In this document: one piece after another, positions 12,706-25,400 of the stretch
Numbering within the stretch: position 1 is the first letter of the stretch
Layout of the letters: each line of letters starts with the position of its first letter
Assembly (NCBI RefSeq): GCF_006345805.1
Contig: NC_043007.1
Coordinates: forward strand, 75,454,001 to 75,518,000
Source of the DNA: Octopus sinensis
Taxonomy: Eukaryota
Direction: 5' to 3'
DNA length: 64,000 nucleotides
The notes under the pieces: generated by a model
Told to the model about the DNA's origin: nothing
The model's database searches: none
Seen by the model: only the letters and a program-made list of their open reading frames with translations
Position numbers and translations under genes: made by a program

Positions 12706-14637
12706 TCATCATCATCATCAACATCGTTTAGTGTCCGCTTTCCAAGCTAGCATGGGTTGGATGGTTCAACTGGGGACTGGGAAGCCAGAAGGCTGCACTA
12801 GGCCCAGTGTAATCTGACAATGTTTCTATGGCTGGATGCCCTTCCTAACGCCAACCACTCCATGAGTGTAGTGGGTGCCTTTTACGTGCCACCGGCATTG
12901 GGGCCAGGCGGGGCTGGCAACGGCCACGAATGGATGGTGCTTTTTAAGTGCCACCGGCATGAGGCCAGTCGGGGCGGCGCTGGCAACGGCCACGTTTGGA
13001 TGCTTCTCTTACGTGCCACAGGCACTGGTATCACAGCTGCAATTTCTATTGATGTTGTTCGATTTCGATTCTCACTTGCCTCAACAGGTCTTCACAAGTA
13101 GTGTTTTGTATCCCAAGAAGGAAAGGTATGCATAAGTGGACTGGCACATCTCATGTAGAGTCCACGGGTTATGGTTTCACTTGTCGTGTCGGGTCTTCTC
13201 ACACACAGCACACTTCCAAAGGTCTCAGTCTCTAGTCATTTCCTCAGTAAGACCTAAAGTTCGAAGGTCGTGCTTCACCACCTCGTCCCAGGTTTTCCTG
13301 GGTCTGCCTCTACCACAGGTTCCCTCAACCGCTAGGATGTGGCACTTTTTCACACAACTATCTTCATCCATTCTCGCAACATGACCATACCAGCACAAAC
13401 ATCTCCCTTGCACACCACAACTGATGCTTCTTAGGTTCAGCTTTTCTCTCAAGGTACTAACGCTCTGTCGAGTATGAACACTGACATTACACATCCATCG
13501 GAGCACACTGGCTTCATTTCTTGCGAGCTTATGCATATCCTCAGCAGTCACGGCCCATGTTTCACTGCCATGTAGCATGGCTGTTTGTACACATGCGTCA
13601 CACAGTCTGCCTTTTACTCTGAGCGAGAGGCCTTTTGTCACCAGCAGGGGTAAGAGTTCTCTGAACTTTGCCCAAGCTATTCTTACTCTATACATATATA
13701 CTTTCAGCACTACTGCCCCTGCTACTGACTTGGTCACCTAGGTAACGGAAGCTATCAACTATTTCTAGTTTTACTCCCAGGAATGTGGCAGAAGTTGGTG
13801 TCAGAGCATTTTCAGTGTTATTGCTCCTGAGCATCTGCCACATACAAAAACTATCTTCCTAGTTAGCCTTCCTTTGACATTGCTGCACCTCTTATGTGTC
13901 CATAGCTTACACTGGGTACATCTTATAGAGTTTCTACCTATGCCTTTTCTACAGATCGAGCAGGGCCATCTACTGAAGGCGTTTGTGGTTTGCCTGCCTT
14001 CCTACTTATTAGGACTTTGGTTTTTAGCTAGATTGACTCTAAGGTCCTTCGATTCTAATCCTTGTTTCCATACCTGAAACTTCTCCTCTAGTTCTGATAG
14101 TGACTCAGCAATTAGAGCAAGGTCGTCAGTGGAGAGGAGCTCTCAGTGACATCCTGTCTTGAATTCCTCTGTTATTGCCTGGAGGACTATGATAAATTGG
14201 AGGGGGCTAAAGACTGAACCTTGGTGGACCCCTACCTCTACCCGGAATTCTTCACTGTACTCGTTGCCAACACTCACCTTACTTGCGGCATCCGTGTACA
14301 TGGCTCACACAGCTCTCACTAACCATTCATCTATTCCTAGTTTCCTCATTGACCACCAGAGAAGGGATCAGGGGACCCTGTCGAAGGCTTTCTCCATGTC
14401 AACAAAAGCCAGGTACAGAGGCTTATCTTTGGCTAGGTATTTCTCCTGCAGCTGCCGTACCAGGAATATAGCATCAGCATTCCCTGGCACGAATCCAAAC
14501 TGCATCTCATCTAAACTAACTCTCTCTCTAATTAGTTGGGCTATGACCCTCTCCGTAACCTTCATTACCTGATCCAACAGCTTGATACCTCTGTAATTAT
14601 TTGTATCTAGGACGTCACCTTTACCTTTGTACCAGTT

Positions 14638-14640
<3 letters not shown>
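12703..14640 (-). mobile_element. 5'-truncated RTE-clade LINE (RT C-terminus, 3' UTR, (ATG)n tail)
   Basis: ORF fragments QFGFVPG..DAIFLVRQLQEKY..AFVDMEKAFDRVP and MLHGSETW...WYGHVARM...GRGRPRKTW. The tail reads (CAT)n on the + strand at 12703-12720. Confidence 0.92.
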
Positions 14641-14705
<65 letters not shown>

Positions 14706-15023
14706 GTATATAAATATAATTATATATGTATATATATATATATTATATATTTGAGATTCAGTTGAATTAGGTACTTCTGTTGAAGCACCAAGCCAATCTA
14801 ATATTATCAGCACAGCTCAAAATAAGGTGAATTAAATCAAAATAATCAACAGGATATCAAGTAGCATTGCAGAACAACCCTTTAATTGAACAATACAATC
14901 ATTACCTCAATTTAAATGGAGTGCCATCATCAGCTGCACAAACACATAAATAGAATTTTAACGAGTTGGACACAATATAATTTTTCTGAAGAAGCCCATC
15001 ATATATATATGTATATATGCATG

Positions 15024-15054
<31 letters not shown>

Positions 15055-15067
15055 GTATATGTGCATG

Positions 15068-15119
<52 letters not shown>

Positions 15120-15389
15120 GCTTCTTTCCGTTTTTATATACCAAGTCCACAAGAAGATGGAAGAAATTCATGTTGTTGCTATTGGAGCTAAGAATAGACT
15201 ACATTTTCAAGAATCGCATGAAACCCATTGGGGTCACAGCTTGTACAGGATTGATTCATTTCTAATACATATATCTCTTTATCAACTACTAAATCTAAGA
15301 CTAGAGGCCTGTGTCTGTTTACAATAAAGGACAAGAGTGAGATGACAGCTTCCATCTTCTTGCTCTGTTAAAGTGTTTGAGAAAAATTA

Positions 15390-16260
15390 TATTACTGTGT
15401 TGCGGAAGTTGTTCTTTGCACATTTTCAGTGTTTATTGCTTCTGAGCATCTGAAACATACAAAAATTATCTTCCCAGTTCTTTGATATTGCTGCACCTCT
15501 TATGAGTCCATAGCTTACACTGGGTACATCTTCTGGAGTTTCTACCTACGCCTTATCTACAGATTGAGCAGGGCCATCTACCTGAAGGGATTTGTGGTTT
15601 GCCTGCCTTCCTACTTTTTAGGACTTCGGTTTTAGCTAATCCTTGCTTCCACACCTGAAACTTCTCCTTGTGTTCTGATAGTGACTCAGCAATTAGAGCA
15701 AGTTTGTCAGTATAGAGGAGCTCCCAGGGGCATCCTATCATGAATTCCTCTGTCACTGCCTGGAGGACTATGATAGGAAGGGGCTGGGGACTGAACCTTG
15801 GTGGACCCCTACCTCTACCCAGAATTCTTCACTGTACTCGTTGCCAACCCTCACTTTACTGAAAGCATCCCTGTACATGGCTTGCACAGATCTCACTAAC
15901 CATTCATCTATCCCTAGTTTCCTCATTGACCACCAGATAAGGGATCAGGGGACCCTGTCAAAGGCTTTCTCCATATCAATGAAAGCCAGGTACAGAGATA
16001 TATCTTTGGCTAGGTATTTCTCCTGCAGCTGTCTTACCAGAAATATAGCATCAGTGGTGCTTTTCCCTGGCACAAACCCAAACTGCATATCATCTAAACT
16101 GACTCTCTCCCTAATTAGTTGGGCTATGACCCTCTCTGTGACCTTCCTTACCTGATCCAACAGCTTCATACCAATGTAATTATTTGTATCTAAATCATTA
16201 CTTTACCTTTGTAGCAGTTGACGACCTTGCTCTAATTGCTACACCCATCATTGGGTATGG
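15390..16260 (-). mobile_element. Second internal RTE LINE RT fragment
   Basis: QFGFVPGKSTTDAIFLVRQLQEKY...DMEKAFDRVP and ELLYTDKLALIAES (decayed YADD). Confidence 0.88.
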
Positions 16261-16269
16261 CTTCTTTGT

Positions 16270-16274
16270 ATGCA

Positions 16275-16314
<40 letters not shown>

Positions 16315-16319
16315 CATAA

Positions 16320-16394
<75 letters not shown>

Positions 16395-16400
16395 CGTATG

Positions 16401-16468
<68 letters not shown>

Positions 16469-16614
16469 TATACACATATATACATATATATATATATACA
16501 TATACATATATACATATATACATATATATATATGCATATATACATATATATATACATATATATACATATATATATACATATATATACATATACACAATAT
16601 ATATATGTATATAC

Positions 16615-16692
<78 letters not shown>

Positions 16693-16701
16693 ATGTGTGT
16701 G

Positions 16702-16745
<44 letters not shown>
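16270..16745. repeat. ~470-bp compound (TA)n/(TATACA)n/(TG)n/(CA)n microsatellite
   Basis: Directly visible. It is the source of the long YI-repeat ORFs. Confidence 0.95.
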
Positions 16746-16747
<2 letters not shown>

Positions 16748-16946
16748 GTCTATAATTACAGCAAGGTTATTTAACTTTTTCGTTAGCAATACCAATACTA
16801 GATATATTATCTTCCTCATAAACATATTTTTCACATAGCTCAGTTTCTTCGTTTCTGTTATACAATCACGCATATTTACACGGGTGTTCATGGAAACATA
16901 GAATATATACTTATATGTATAAGTGTATAAGCTTACAGCTTTGGCC

Positions 16947-17142
16947 ATATAAAAACATGCATATGCACACACACACGTGCGTGCACACACACACGCGCGT
17001 GCACACACACACACGCATGCACACACACACACACACACACACACAAATATATATGCCAAATAATTCTTTGATATAAAAACATGCATATGCACACACACAC
17101 GTGCGTGCACACACACACGCGCGTGCACACACACACACGCAT

Positions 17143-17177
<35 letters not shown>

Positions 17178-17200
17178 TATATATGCCAAATAATTCTTTG
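16947..17200 (+). repeat. Tandem duplication (2 x ~125 bp) of a CA-rich intronic segment
   Basis: ATATAAAAACATGCATATG...CCAAATAATTCTTTG occurs at 16947-17070 and 17071-17200. Confidence 0.9.
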
Positions 17201-17214
17201 ATATTTCTTTACAG

Positions 17215-17304
17215 AAACTTGCCTACATGGTCCTTGCCATTTTGACAGCATGTTCCTTCGCATTTGCTGGAATGACTTGTTTTACTTTTCATTCATTATG
17301 GATT
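17215..17304 (+). CDS. MS4A-like coding exon 3 (TM3)
   Basis: Acceptor atttctttacag|, donor ATT|gtaagt. 90 nt, hydrophobic helix [25 protein letters not shown]. Confidence 0.85.
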
Positions 17305-17709
17305 GTAAGTAGTTTTTTAATTGAATTTTTCTGTAAAAGTGTCTTAGTACAAAGTACTTAAATGATTTGTCTATGGAATGGGAAAATTAAATCAAAATAT
17401 ACAAGTTAAGACTGTTGTTAATGTTATATTGTTAAGTTACTGCTATAAATATAGTAATTTAGATAAAAAAAAAGTTCTGGATTGTAGAAAAATAGTGGTA
17501 CATTTTTAATGAGGGACAAGACAATTATCCCAAAACTGATTGCTAAGAAGATTCCCAATTATTTTTATGTTTACTGAAGAGAACAATAGTATATTTTCAC
17601 ATCATGTTAATCTTCACAGCTAAGGCTTACTTTACACATGCTTCACAGCTAAGGCTTACTTTCCACATGTTTCAGCTATTCTGAATCATGGTGTGTTCAA
17701 AATATATAT

Positions 17710-18120
17710 ATCATCATCATCGTTTAGCTTCCGCTTTCCATGCTAGCATGGGTTGGACGGTTCAACTGGGGTCTGGGAAGCCAGAAGGCAGCACTAGGCC
17801 CAGTCTGATCTGGCAATGTTTCTATGGCTGGATGCACTTCATAACACCAACCACTCCATGAGTGTAGTGGGTGATTTTTACGTGCTACCAGCACAGCTGC
17901 CAGACGGGGCTGGCAACGGCCATGATTGGATGGTGCTTTTTATGTGCCACCGGCATGGAGGCCAGTCGGGGCAGCACTGGAAATGGCCGTGTTCGGATGG
18001 TTCTCTTATGTGCCACTGGCACTGGTATCACAGCTACAATTTCCGTTGACGTTGATCGATTTTGATTTTGATCTGATTTGATTTGATTACCACTTGCTTC
18101 AACAGGTCTTCACAAGTAGA
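17710..18120 (-). mobile_element. RTE LINE 3'-UTR fragment
   Basis: CATCATCGTTTAGC..TTTCCATGCTAGCATGGGTTGG tail plus about 3 minisatellite units. Confidence 0.85.
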
Positions 18121-18775
18121 GTAAAATAATATATACATTATTTTAAAACAAAATATATATGCATCTTAGCTGTCTAATTTCAAGAAATATGACACATTAA
18201 CTATTTTAAATTCTGTTTTGTTTTCTCTGCTAAAGTTATTTTGCTAGTGTATCATTTTTAACAAACAATGTTTAACATTAAACATTTAGAAATCTGAAGA
18301 AAATCCTATCAATATTATCAGAAAGTGCCTCATAAGAACTTATCAAAATAAACTTTATAGAAAATAAAACAACCTTTTTAAATATCTAACAGGTGGCTGT
18401 TTTGTTTTATTTTATTTTTTTAGAAGAGCTAAGCCATCTTTCAACTAAGCAATGAAAATCACTCAGAGTTTGTGGCAGAGTTTTTCTTTTTACAAAAAGA
18501 TTACTTTACACTGATATATCTGAGCTTGGAATCTTGAAGTCATTGAAGCATTTTTTTTTCTTAACAACTTTTTATTCTGTAAGGTTATGGTATTAAAATA
18601 CATGAAAGAAAATGTTTGTAAGTGTGAATAAGTATGAAAAATAAGATACTAAGGGGAATTTGGATTTTTAAAAAATTGACAGATTTGCATACATTCAAGG
18701 TTATTACTGATTTTTTTGATCAGCCCTGACATTTTCTTTCTCATTAAAATATTTGGTTTTTTCTTTCCTTTACAG

Positions 18776-18895
18776 CTTTACTATGGCGTTTATGGCTTAT
18801 ATGTTTTATTTGCTTGTGCTGCATTTGTTATGGGTGTGGAATTTATTTTGGCTATTGTTTCTTCATCAATTTGCTGTTGCTGTTCAGGAACACGA
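18776..18895 (+). CDS. MS4A-like coding exon 4 (TM4 and Cys cluster)
   Basis: Acceptor ttctttcctttacag|, donor CGA|gtaagt. 120 nt, ending SSSICCCCSGTR. Confidence 0.85.
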
Positions 18896-21414
18896 GTAAG
18901 TTCAATTTATTTTCTTTAATAATCATTTCTATGATTTCAAGAAGAAAAATTCATACCTTTTATGCCTTCTTACAATGTGTGACAGTTGCTCTCTTTAGAT
19001 TGGTATCGACCAAATCTCTAAACATATTACCTCTGTACTATTTATACTCCCCACCACTGTTCCCTCTTGGTAGACCCCAATACATCTCCAACACCATCTA
19101 TTTCCCTCTCTTTTTCACTCTGTCTCTGTCTAACTATTTCTCACCTTCCTTTACCTACTGGGATAGCCTAGTATCTCATCTATAGTAAGACACCTATCTC
19201 TGTCTCTCTTTCACACTTTCTCACCTGGCACATAGCCACATCGCTCAGTTCCACTCTCTCTCTCTACTAAGAGGTCCTTGTCTTACAAGTTACTTAGCGA
19301 CCCTACTGGTGCCAGTGCCACGTTAAAACTGTCCAGAACACTCTGTAAAGTGGGTTGGAGTTAGCAACTGTGTCATAGAAACTGTGCTTAAATAGATAAC
19401 TTAAGGCTAATGAAGCTCTCCAGCTTGTCAGCTCCAGTCTAACCATGCATGACAAGCCAGCATTGAAAATGGACATGAAATGATGATAATGATGATGATG
19501 ATAATGAAGGTGTGCAAATATATATATATATATATACTCTTTATTTGTGTATTAAGACTACCATTGATTTCATATTAAGAAGAAATATCTTAATCATCAT
19601 CATCATCGTTTTTTAACGTCCGCTTTCCATGCTAGCATGGGTTGATAATTTCAAAACCCATATACTGTATATAAGGAATTTGGCGTATTAGCAGAGAAAG
19701 TTTAAACAAACAACTGAAAATGATGCTTTATAGATACACTTTTCAAAGTTTTTTTCTCACACATCCTCTTGCAGTGTTTGACTTTTCCTTCATTGTGAAA
19801 AGTACAATGAAGGAGGGAAGTGGGGTTAAGATATTTTTCTCTAATGCAAATTACAAATGTTTCAGAATATAGAATGATAAAATGACAGAAAATTATGAAA
19901 AAGAAAAGTATATAATTTTAGTAGTTGTTGCTTTTCCAAAGGCACGGTGAGTGTGTGTGGGAGGGAGTTGAGCATTTAAAAGACAGAGATTTAAAAACTT
20001 TTTGTTTTAAAAATGATTCCCACCATTGTTTTACAATGCATGAAAGAAATGGAAAATCCTGACATAGACATGAAAATTCCAACATATATGACAGGTGCTC
20101 CAAAAGTCTGCTTTTTCAGTTTCCTGTAAGGAGTGGTGGGCACAATGAATAATATTTCTGCATTTTTAACTCTGAGAAAAATAAATTTTTTACAAGTGTT
20201 CACTTCCAAACAAAAACTACATCAGCTCTAAATACATTAAAAACACTATAACATATTCAGAACACTATTTCAGAAAATCATCTCTGTTCTCTATGAGCAT
20301 ACAGAAGATAATTTAGATGTGGCAAAATGAGTAAGACAAGATTAAGTAAATGCCCCTTCAATTCTCCAGAATTGCATTTGAAAAAAAAAAATTTTTAATG
20401 CATACACATCAATATTGATTCTTAGACACCACAAAGCTCAAAAATTCAAAAACAAATTTGTAATATCTAGGTCAAATGTAAAGAATCACAGGAAAATGGC
20501 ATTATATGAAATTATCAAAACTCAAAAAGATAAAAAAATTCACTGTAAAATATTCTCTATAGTTTCTTCACAATTTGCAGGAGTGACTCTCAGCCTTATA
20601 ACCTTATGTAATCTTTTTATAATTTTTGGAATTTTCAGAAAATTTTTGCAAATTTGCATTCTTCGAAAGGTAATTCATATGATTATGGAAAAAATTTTTT
20701 TAACTTTGCGAAATTTAAAAGGAATTATTTTATTTTTAATATTTTGAATTTTTTAAAATCACAGTTTAAAATACAGGGAGTCCAAATATTTTGCTTAAAT
20801 GCTATTAAATGTATTTATAGGAAGAAAGATATTGAAATACATGGATTCATCTGAGTGACAAACTAACAAGGAAAGTTACAAGGGTAATATGGGGTGCTTG
20901 AAGCAGAATTACACCTGGTTCTGTTCCTGCACCATGTCGTTAAAGAGAAGAAATTATTGAAATTAGTCATTCCTCATTTTAGCCCCAATTTAGGGTAATT
21001 CTTCAGTATGTAGTGATTACAAAAGTAAATAAAATTAAAGGGGAAATAACAACCAGGAACTATTGGAAGCCTAAATGATGGTATGTACACTCAAGAAGTG
21101 ATTGTACATCAGAACTTTGTCGATCCAACAAATAGTGGACTTTTTTACTTCATTATCTGTTTTACTTCATTATCTGTTTCTAATTCAGTGAGTTCCTCAT
21201 TAAACTGCTAAGTTTATAATGCAATAACTATTCTACACCCTTCAGTTTTACTTCTAATTAAAGAGTATTAGCCAATTCCATGTGTGTGAGTGTGTTTGTG
21301 TGTGGTGTAAGTAATTAAATGTCTATTGAAAGAAATAGTAAAAAAGTTGCTTCTAAGCAAAAATATTTTACTCTTAAAGGGATTTAATCAGTTAAAAATT
21401 TATATATTTTACAG

Positions 21415-21495
21415 GTTGTACAAACTACTAGTAATGTTGACATGCAATCCGGCCAGGCGTTCACTACTCCTCCAGCATATATACCTCAAGCATAA
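21415..21495 (+). CDS. MS4A-like terminal coding exon (cytoplasmic tail with PPAY)
   Basis: Acceptor tatattttacag|, 27 codons including TAA: VVQTTSNVDMQSGQAFTTPPAYIPQA*. Confidence 0.75.
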   Translation, partial: VVQTTSNVDMQSGQAFTTPPAYIPQA

Positions 21496-21641
21496 AATTT
21501 ACATATTTTGTTAAACTGAGAATTTTTTAAGAACAATATATATTTTAAAACTTACCAGTGTTTGTATTCAAATTTAAAAATGTCTATTCTGCAAAACTAA
21601 CCAAGATATTCTAAATCAATCTACCTATTATATTGTCTTAC

Positions 21642-21647
21642 AATAAA
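21642..21647 (+). terminator. Candidate polyadenylation signal AATAAA
   Basis: First AATAAA, about 150 nt after the stop codon. The AT-rich context lowers specificity. Confidence 0.35.
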
Positions 21648-21803
21648 AGCTTTGTGGCATACTTAATACAACTACAATCCCTTTGTATTCAAATGTTTGA
21701 GTTAATAGACCTTGGCAACTTTATTTCATTTTCACATATACAAAAGTAACCCTATTGATATAGCTTTCTGTATAACTACTGTTTAATACCAAATGTCTTT
21801 TGA

Positions 21804-21939
21804 CCCTTTGAGCCCGTAGCACTGGTTTACCAGTGGATGGCTTATTTTTCTCTGTATTGTAGCAGTGCTCTACCAGTGGAGTGCATCAAGAAGCCAGGCA
21901 TATTATCAAATAAGATTCAAGAGGTCAGGACTCAAAGGG
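21804..21939. mobile_element. piggyBac-like MITE (~136 bp)
   Basis: TIRs CCCTTTGAG(C/T)CC, flanked by TTGA on the left and TTAA on the right. Confidence 0.6.
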
Positions 21940-22499
21940 TTAAACTGTGTTCTATGATTTTTTGTGTTGTTTGCCTTTAACATTGTCCTTATTTTGCTAC
22001 CTTCACTGAACCAACCATTTATTATTTTTGTTGCATGGCTCTTTTTTAAATCATCCAATAAAACGTTTACCACCTTTTATTTCTATGATGTCTCATTCTT
22101 CATAACTTATTATTGTATTAGCAATGCACCCCAGTGTTGCCCAGGTGTTATGACCTACAGCCACATAGTATTATTTGTTCCTTTCTTATGGGCAGAATCG
22201 ACACATGAGGAGTATGAAGCAAACAAATTTTCTTTATAAACATGTTTGTCAGTCATTTTCTGATGAACAATACTGCAGTTTCTGTCTACCAAATTCAGTC
22301 ACAAGTCTATGGTTGGCCTGGGGCTATAGTAGGAAACACTTGCCCATGGTACCATGCAGAGGGACTGAATATTGAGAAACAAACTTCTCGACCACACACT
22401 CAATCTTGCACCTAGCATGTATGTGCATGTGTTTTCATTAGTTGTTAAATTGTGTATTGTGTCCCACTATGTCTTGAAGTTAGCAATTCATCAAGCTAA

Positions 22500-25400
22500 C
22501 AATAAAAGTATGCAATGGGTCTGCTATATCAGAGGCAAGATGAACACAAACCCAACAAAACAAAAGTAAAGGAGAACGAAGAGTCAAAGAAAGGAAAGAA
22601 GAAACAATCGAAAATACTGGTAAGAAATGGAGGACCCCCCAACAGAAGCTATAGGAGTTGAAGGGCAAAAGCAGGAGCACTCACAAATTCTACCTGCAAG
22701 GACACTGCTGGTACAGTGATTATTGTGCAAACTGTCGCTTTGCACACCAGAAGGTCTGCAAAAACCACATGGGCCCCAGACAACACTCCCTTCCCTGAGG
22801 AGGACAAAAGGAAAGGCAATAGAAATGTAAAAATAGTGCACTGTCTACCTCCGGAAGATGATATGCAGATGTAGTGCATGACCAAGCAAACGGCCAGCTT
22901 CACCCAGACGTGAAAAGGGCAGCAGCTGAACAGCAATCTTTTTTGTGCATGATACAAAAGATTGTCCAGCAACTGACCTGGCTTCAAACCCAAACCAGGA
23001 GCTATGCCTGCCACCACACAAGGCCATCACCAACAACAGATACAGAATGGTCCACCACTAACACCAACACACATATCACAAAGATATTTCTTTTGCATAT
23101 AGGTTGTTGCATGGCAACTGTAAATCAAAAATCTTGTTCCTGAGAGACCTTGTGGCATGCAATTAAGCTTTATGCATGGCACTTGTAGAAATGCATCTTA
23201 GACTTGATATAGGGGATGCAGAAATACATCTATTAGAATATGTTGTCATATTCTAATTCAGTGTGTGACACTCAAATTGAACACATATGACAACTTAATT
23301 TTGTTATATGTACTACATATCACCCACCAGATGCTCCGAGTCATACGGGCAAATTTGAAGACTACCTAACAAAGATAAGAGAAGTTCTCATCAAACTGGA
23401 ACAACACATTAATGTATTCCTTTTAGGTGACATTAACTTCCCAAACATGGGATGGCCTGGAGGCCAGATTCCCCCAAGAATGACACGCTAACAGCAAGCA
23501 CAGGCAGAGTCCCTGCTCCACCTTACCAATGCCTCTTTCATGGAACAAATTGTGCTGCAACCAACCAGATCAAATAATATACTGAATCTCTGCTTCACAA
23601 ACAATAGGGACATTATCCATAATGTTAAATTGACACTGACACTGATCTTGGATCACAATATAATAGAGCTGTCTATGTATGGTCCAAAAGCTCCTGCAGA
23701 CATACAGCCTATACGAAGCACCCAAAATCTCTCCAAACTAAACTTTCACAAAGAAAATTGGAAGCTGATTGAGAAAGAGATCCTCAAGCAGGATTGGCCT
23801 AAATGTCTCTCCACACCAGATATTGACATGAAACACAAACATTTCATGTCTATATTACAAGCCATATGTAACAAATCAGTCCCATTGTGCAAGGCCAACA
23901 TACACCAAAACAGGATCCACAGAGAAAGGAAGATTCTTTTGAGACGTTGGACAAAGATTAAGAACTGCCTGAGCAAACATCCCCAAAGTAGTGAGAAACA
24001 TATGAATCAATCTCATGAAAAGGAGGGAGCAAATAAAGAAGCTTGGGTTATAGAAAATATCAAGTCAAACCCTAAAGCTTTCTTTAAGTTTGACAAAGAA
24101 ACAGCCTCAATATGCCACAAGACAGGACCCCTCTTCCAAAAAGATGGCTCCCTCACAGGAAACCCCATAAGTGAAATACTGAACGAACAGTTCCAAAGTG
24201 TGTTCACTATACTGCTGGGACACAGACAAGTAAACAAACCAGCAGAACTCTTTGCCACATTACTTAAAACCAAAGAGGTTAAAAAAATTTAGTACATAAA
24301 CATTGAAGAAGAAGATATAATATTGGCCATAGATGAAGTTAATACAAATTCAGTGGCTGGCTCAGATGAATATCCAGTGGTCCTACTCAAATCATGCAAG
24401 CAAGCCCTTACAAAACCACTGCAGATTCTCTTCCAGAGCTTCCATGCAAGTGGTAAACTCCCAGAAAAACTGAAGAAAGGGATAATATACCTTATCCATA
24501 AAGGGAAGAAGCAGACCAGATGCCGAAAACTATAGGCCTATCTCTCTGACCTCACACATCAGTAAAGTCATGGAATGAATAGTCTGCAAGAAACTAATCA
24601 CGTTTCTAGAAGAAAATGACTTGCTGACTGACACCCCGCATGGATTTCGTCCAGGTAGAAGCTGTCTGAATTTTCTCCTGCAACACTACACTGGGTGTTA
24701 AAACAGCTGCTGAATGACTTGAGCATGAATATGATATATCCCAACTTTGCAAAAGCCTGTGATAAAGTTGACCATGGTATGATATGTCACAAACTGCATG
24801 ATCTTGGCATATGTGGAAAACTTGGAGAATAGCTGCACAAATTTCTAAGGGATAGATGTCAGACAGTAGTGGCCAATGGAGCCAGATCCAAAGAAATACA
24901 AATTGCAAGTGGTGTTCCATAGGGCACTGTCTTGGGGGTCACTGCTATTCATAGTGGCCCTCTCAGACATGCCCTCGACTGCACAGATAGCCATCCTTGC
25001 TAGCTATGCAGATGACACAAAAGTCTTTCAGACAATGCAAAATCCTGGAAACATTGCACATCTGCAATGGAAGTTGGACGCAGTATACATGTGGGCTGAG
25101 GACAACAACATGCTGTTTAATGCAAGAAAATTCCAGGCCCTACGCTACCAGCACACAAAATTAAATGACATGCAGACAGGATACACTGGACCAAGAGAAA
25201 CTGAAATCCTTGAATTAAAATTAGTGTGTGACCTGGGCATTTACATGAGCAATGATGCATCTTTCCAAGTGCATAATACAAATTTAGTAATAAAATGTAG
25301 ACAGCTAGCTGGATGGATCCTCCGAAATTTCAAAACAAGAGAAAAAGAGACTTTAGTGATCTTTTGAAGGACATACATTCTCATCCACTTGGACTACTGC

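Larger units (their letters stand above)
6523..21495 (+). other. MS4A/CD20-like four-transmembrane protein gene (coding span; 5 coding exons, 188 aa)
   Basis: Exons 6523-6726, 9928-9999, 17215-17304, 18776-18895 and 21415-21495 join in phase 0 with GT-AG introns. The product is [188 protein letters not shown]. It has four hydrophobic helices, a TM2 W...IVVGILGI motif, a TM4 E..LAI..S..C motif and a Cys cluster, all MS4A-like. The family call is by recognition only. Confidence 0.8.

Noticed and set aside
16184-17263. Long ORFs (up to 343 aa) of YI/CV/HT repeats, here and at 1.0, 3.2, 12.0, 33.0 and 52.1 kb
   Set aside because: They are translations of (TA)n, (TG)n and (CA)n microsatellites that happen to lack stop codons.
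17305-18775. An additional phase-0 exon encoding a longer second extracellular loop
   Set aside because: Candidate acceptors (e.g. 18423, 18392, 17577) lead to in-frame stops or lack a donor. Direct splicing keeps the frame.
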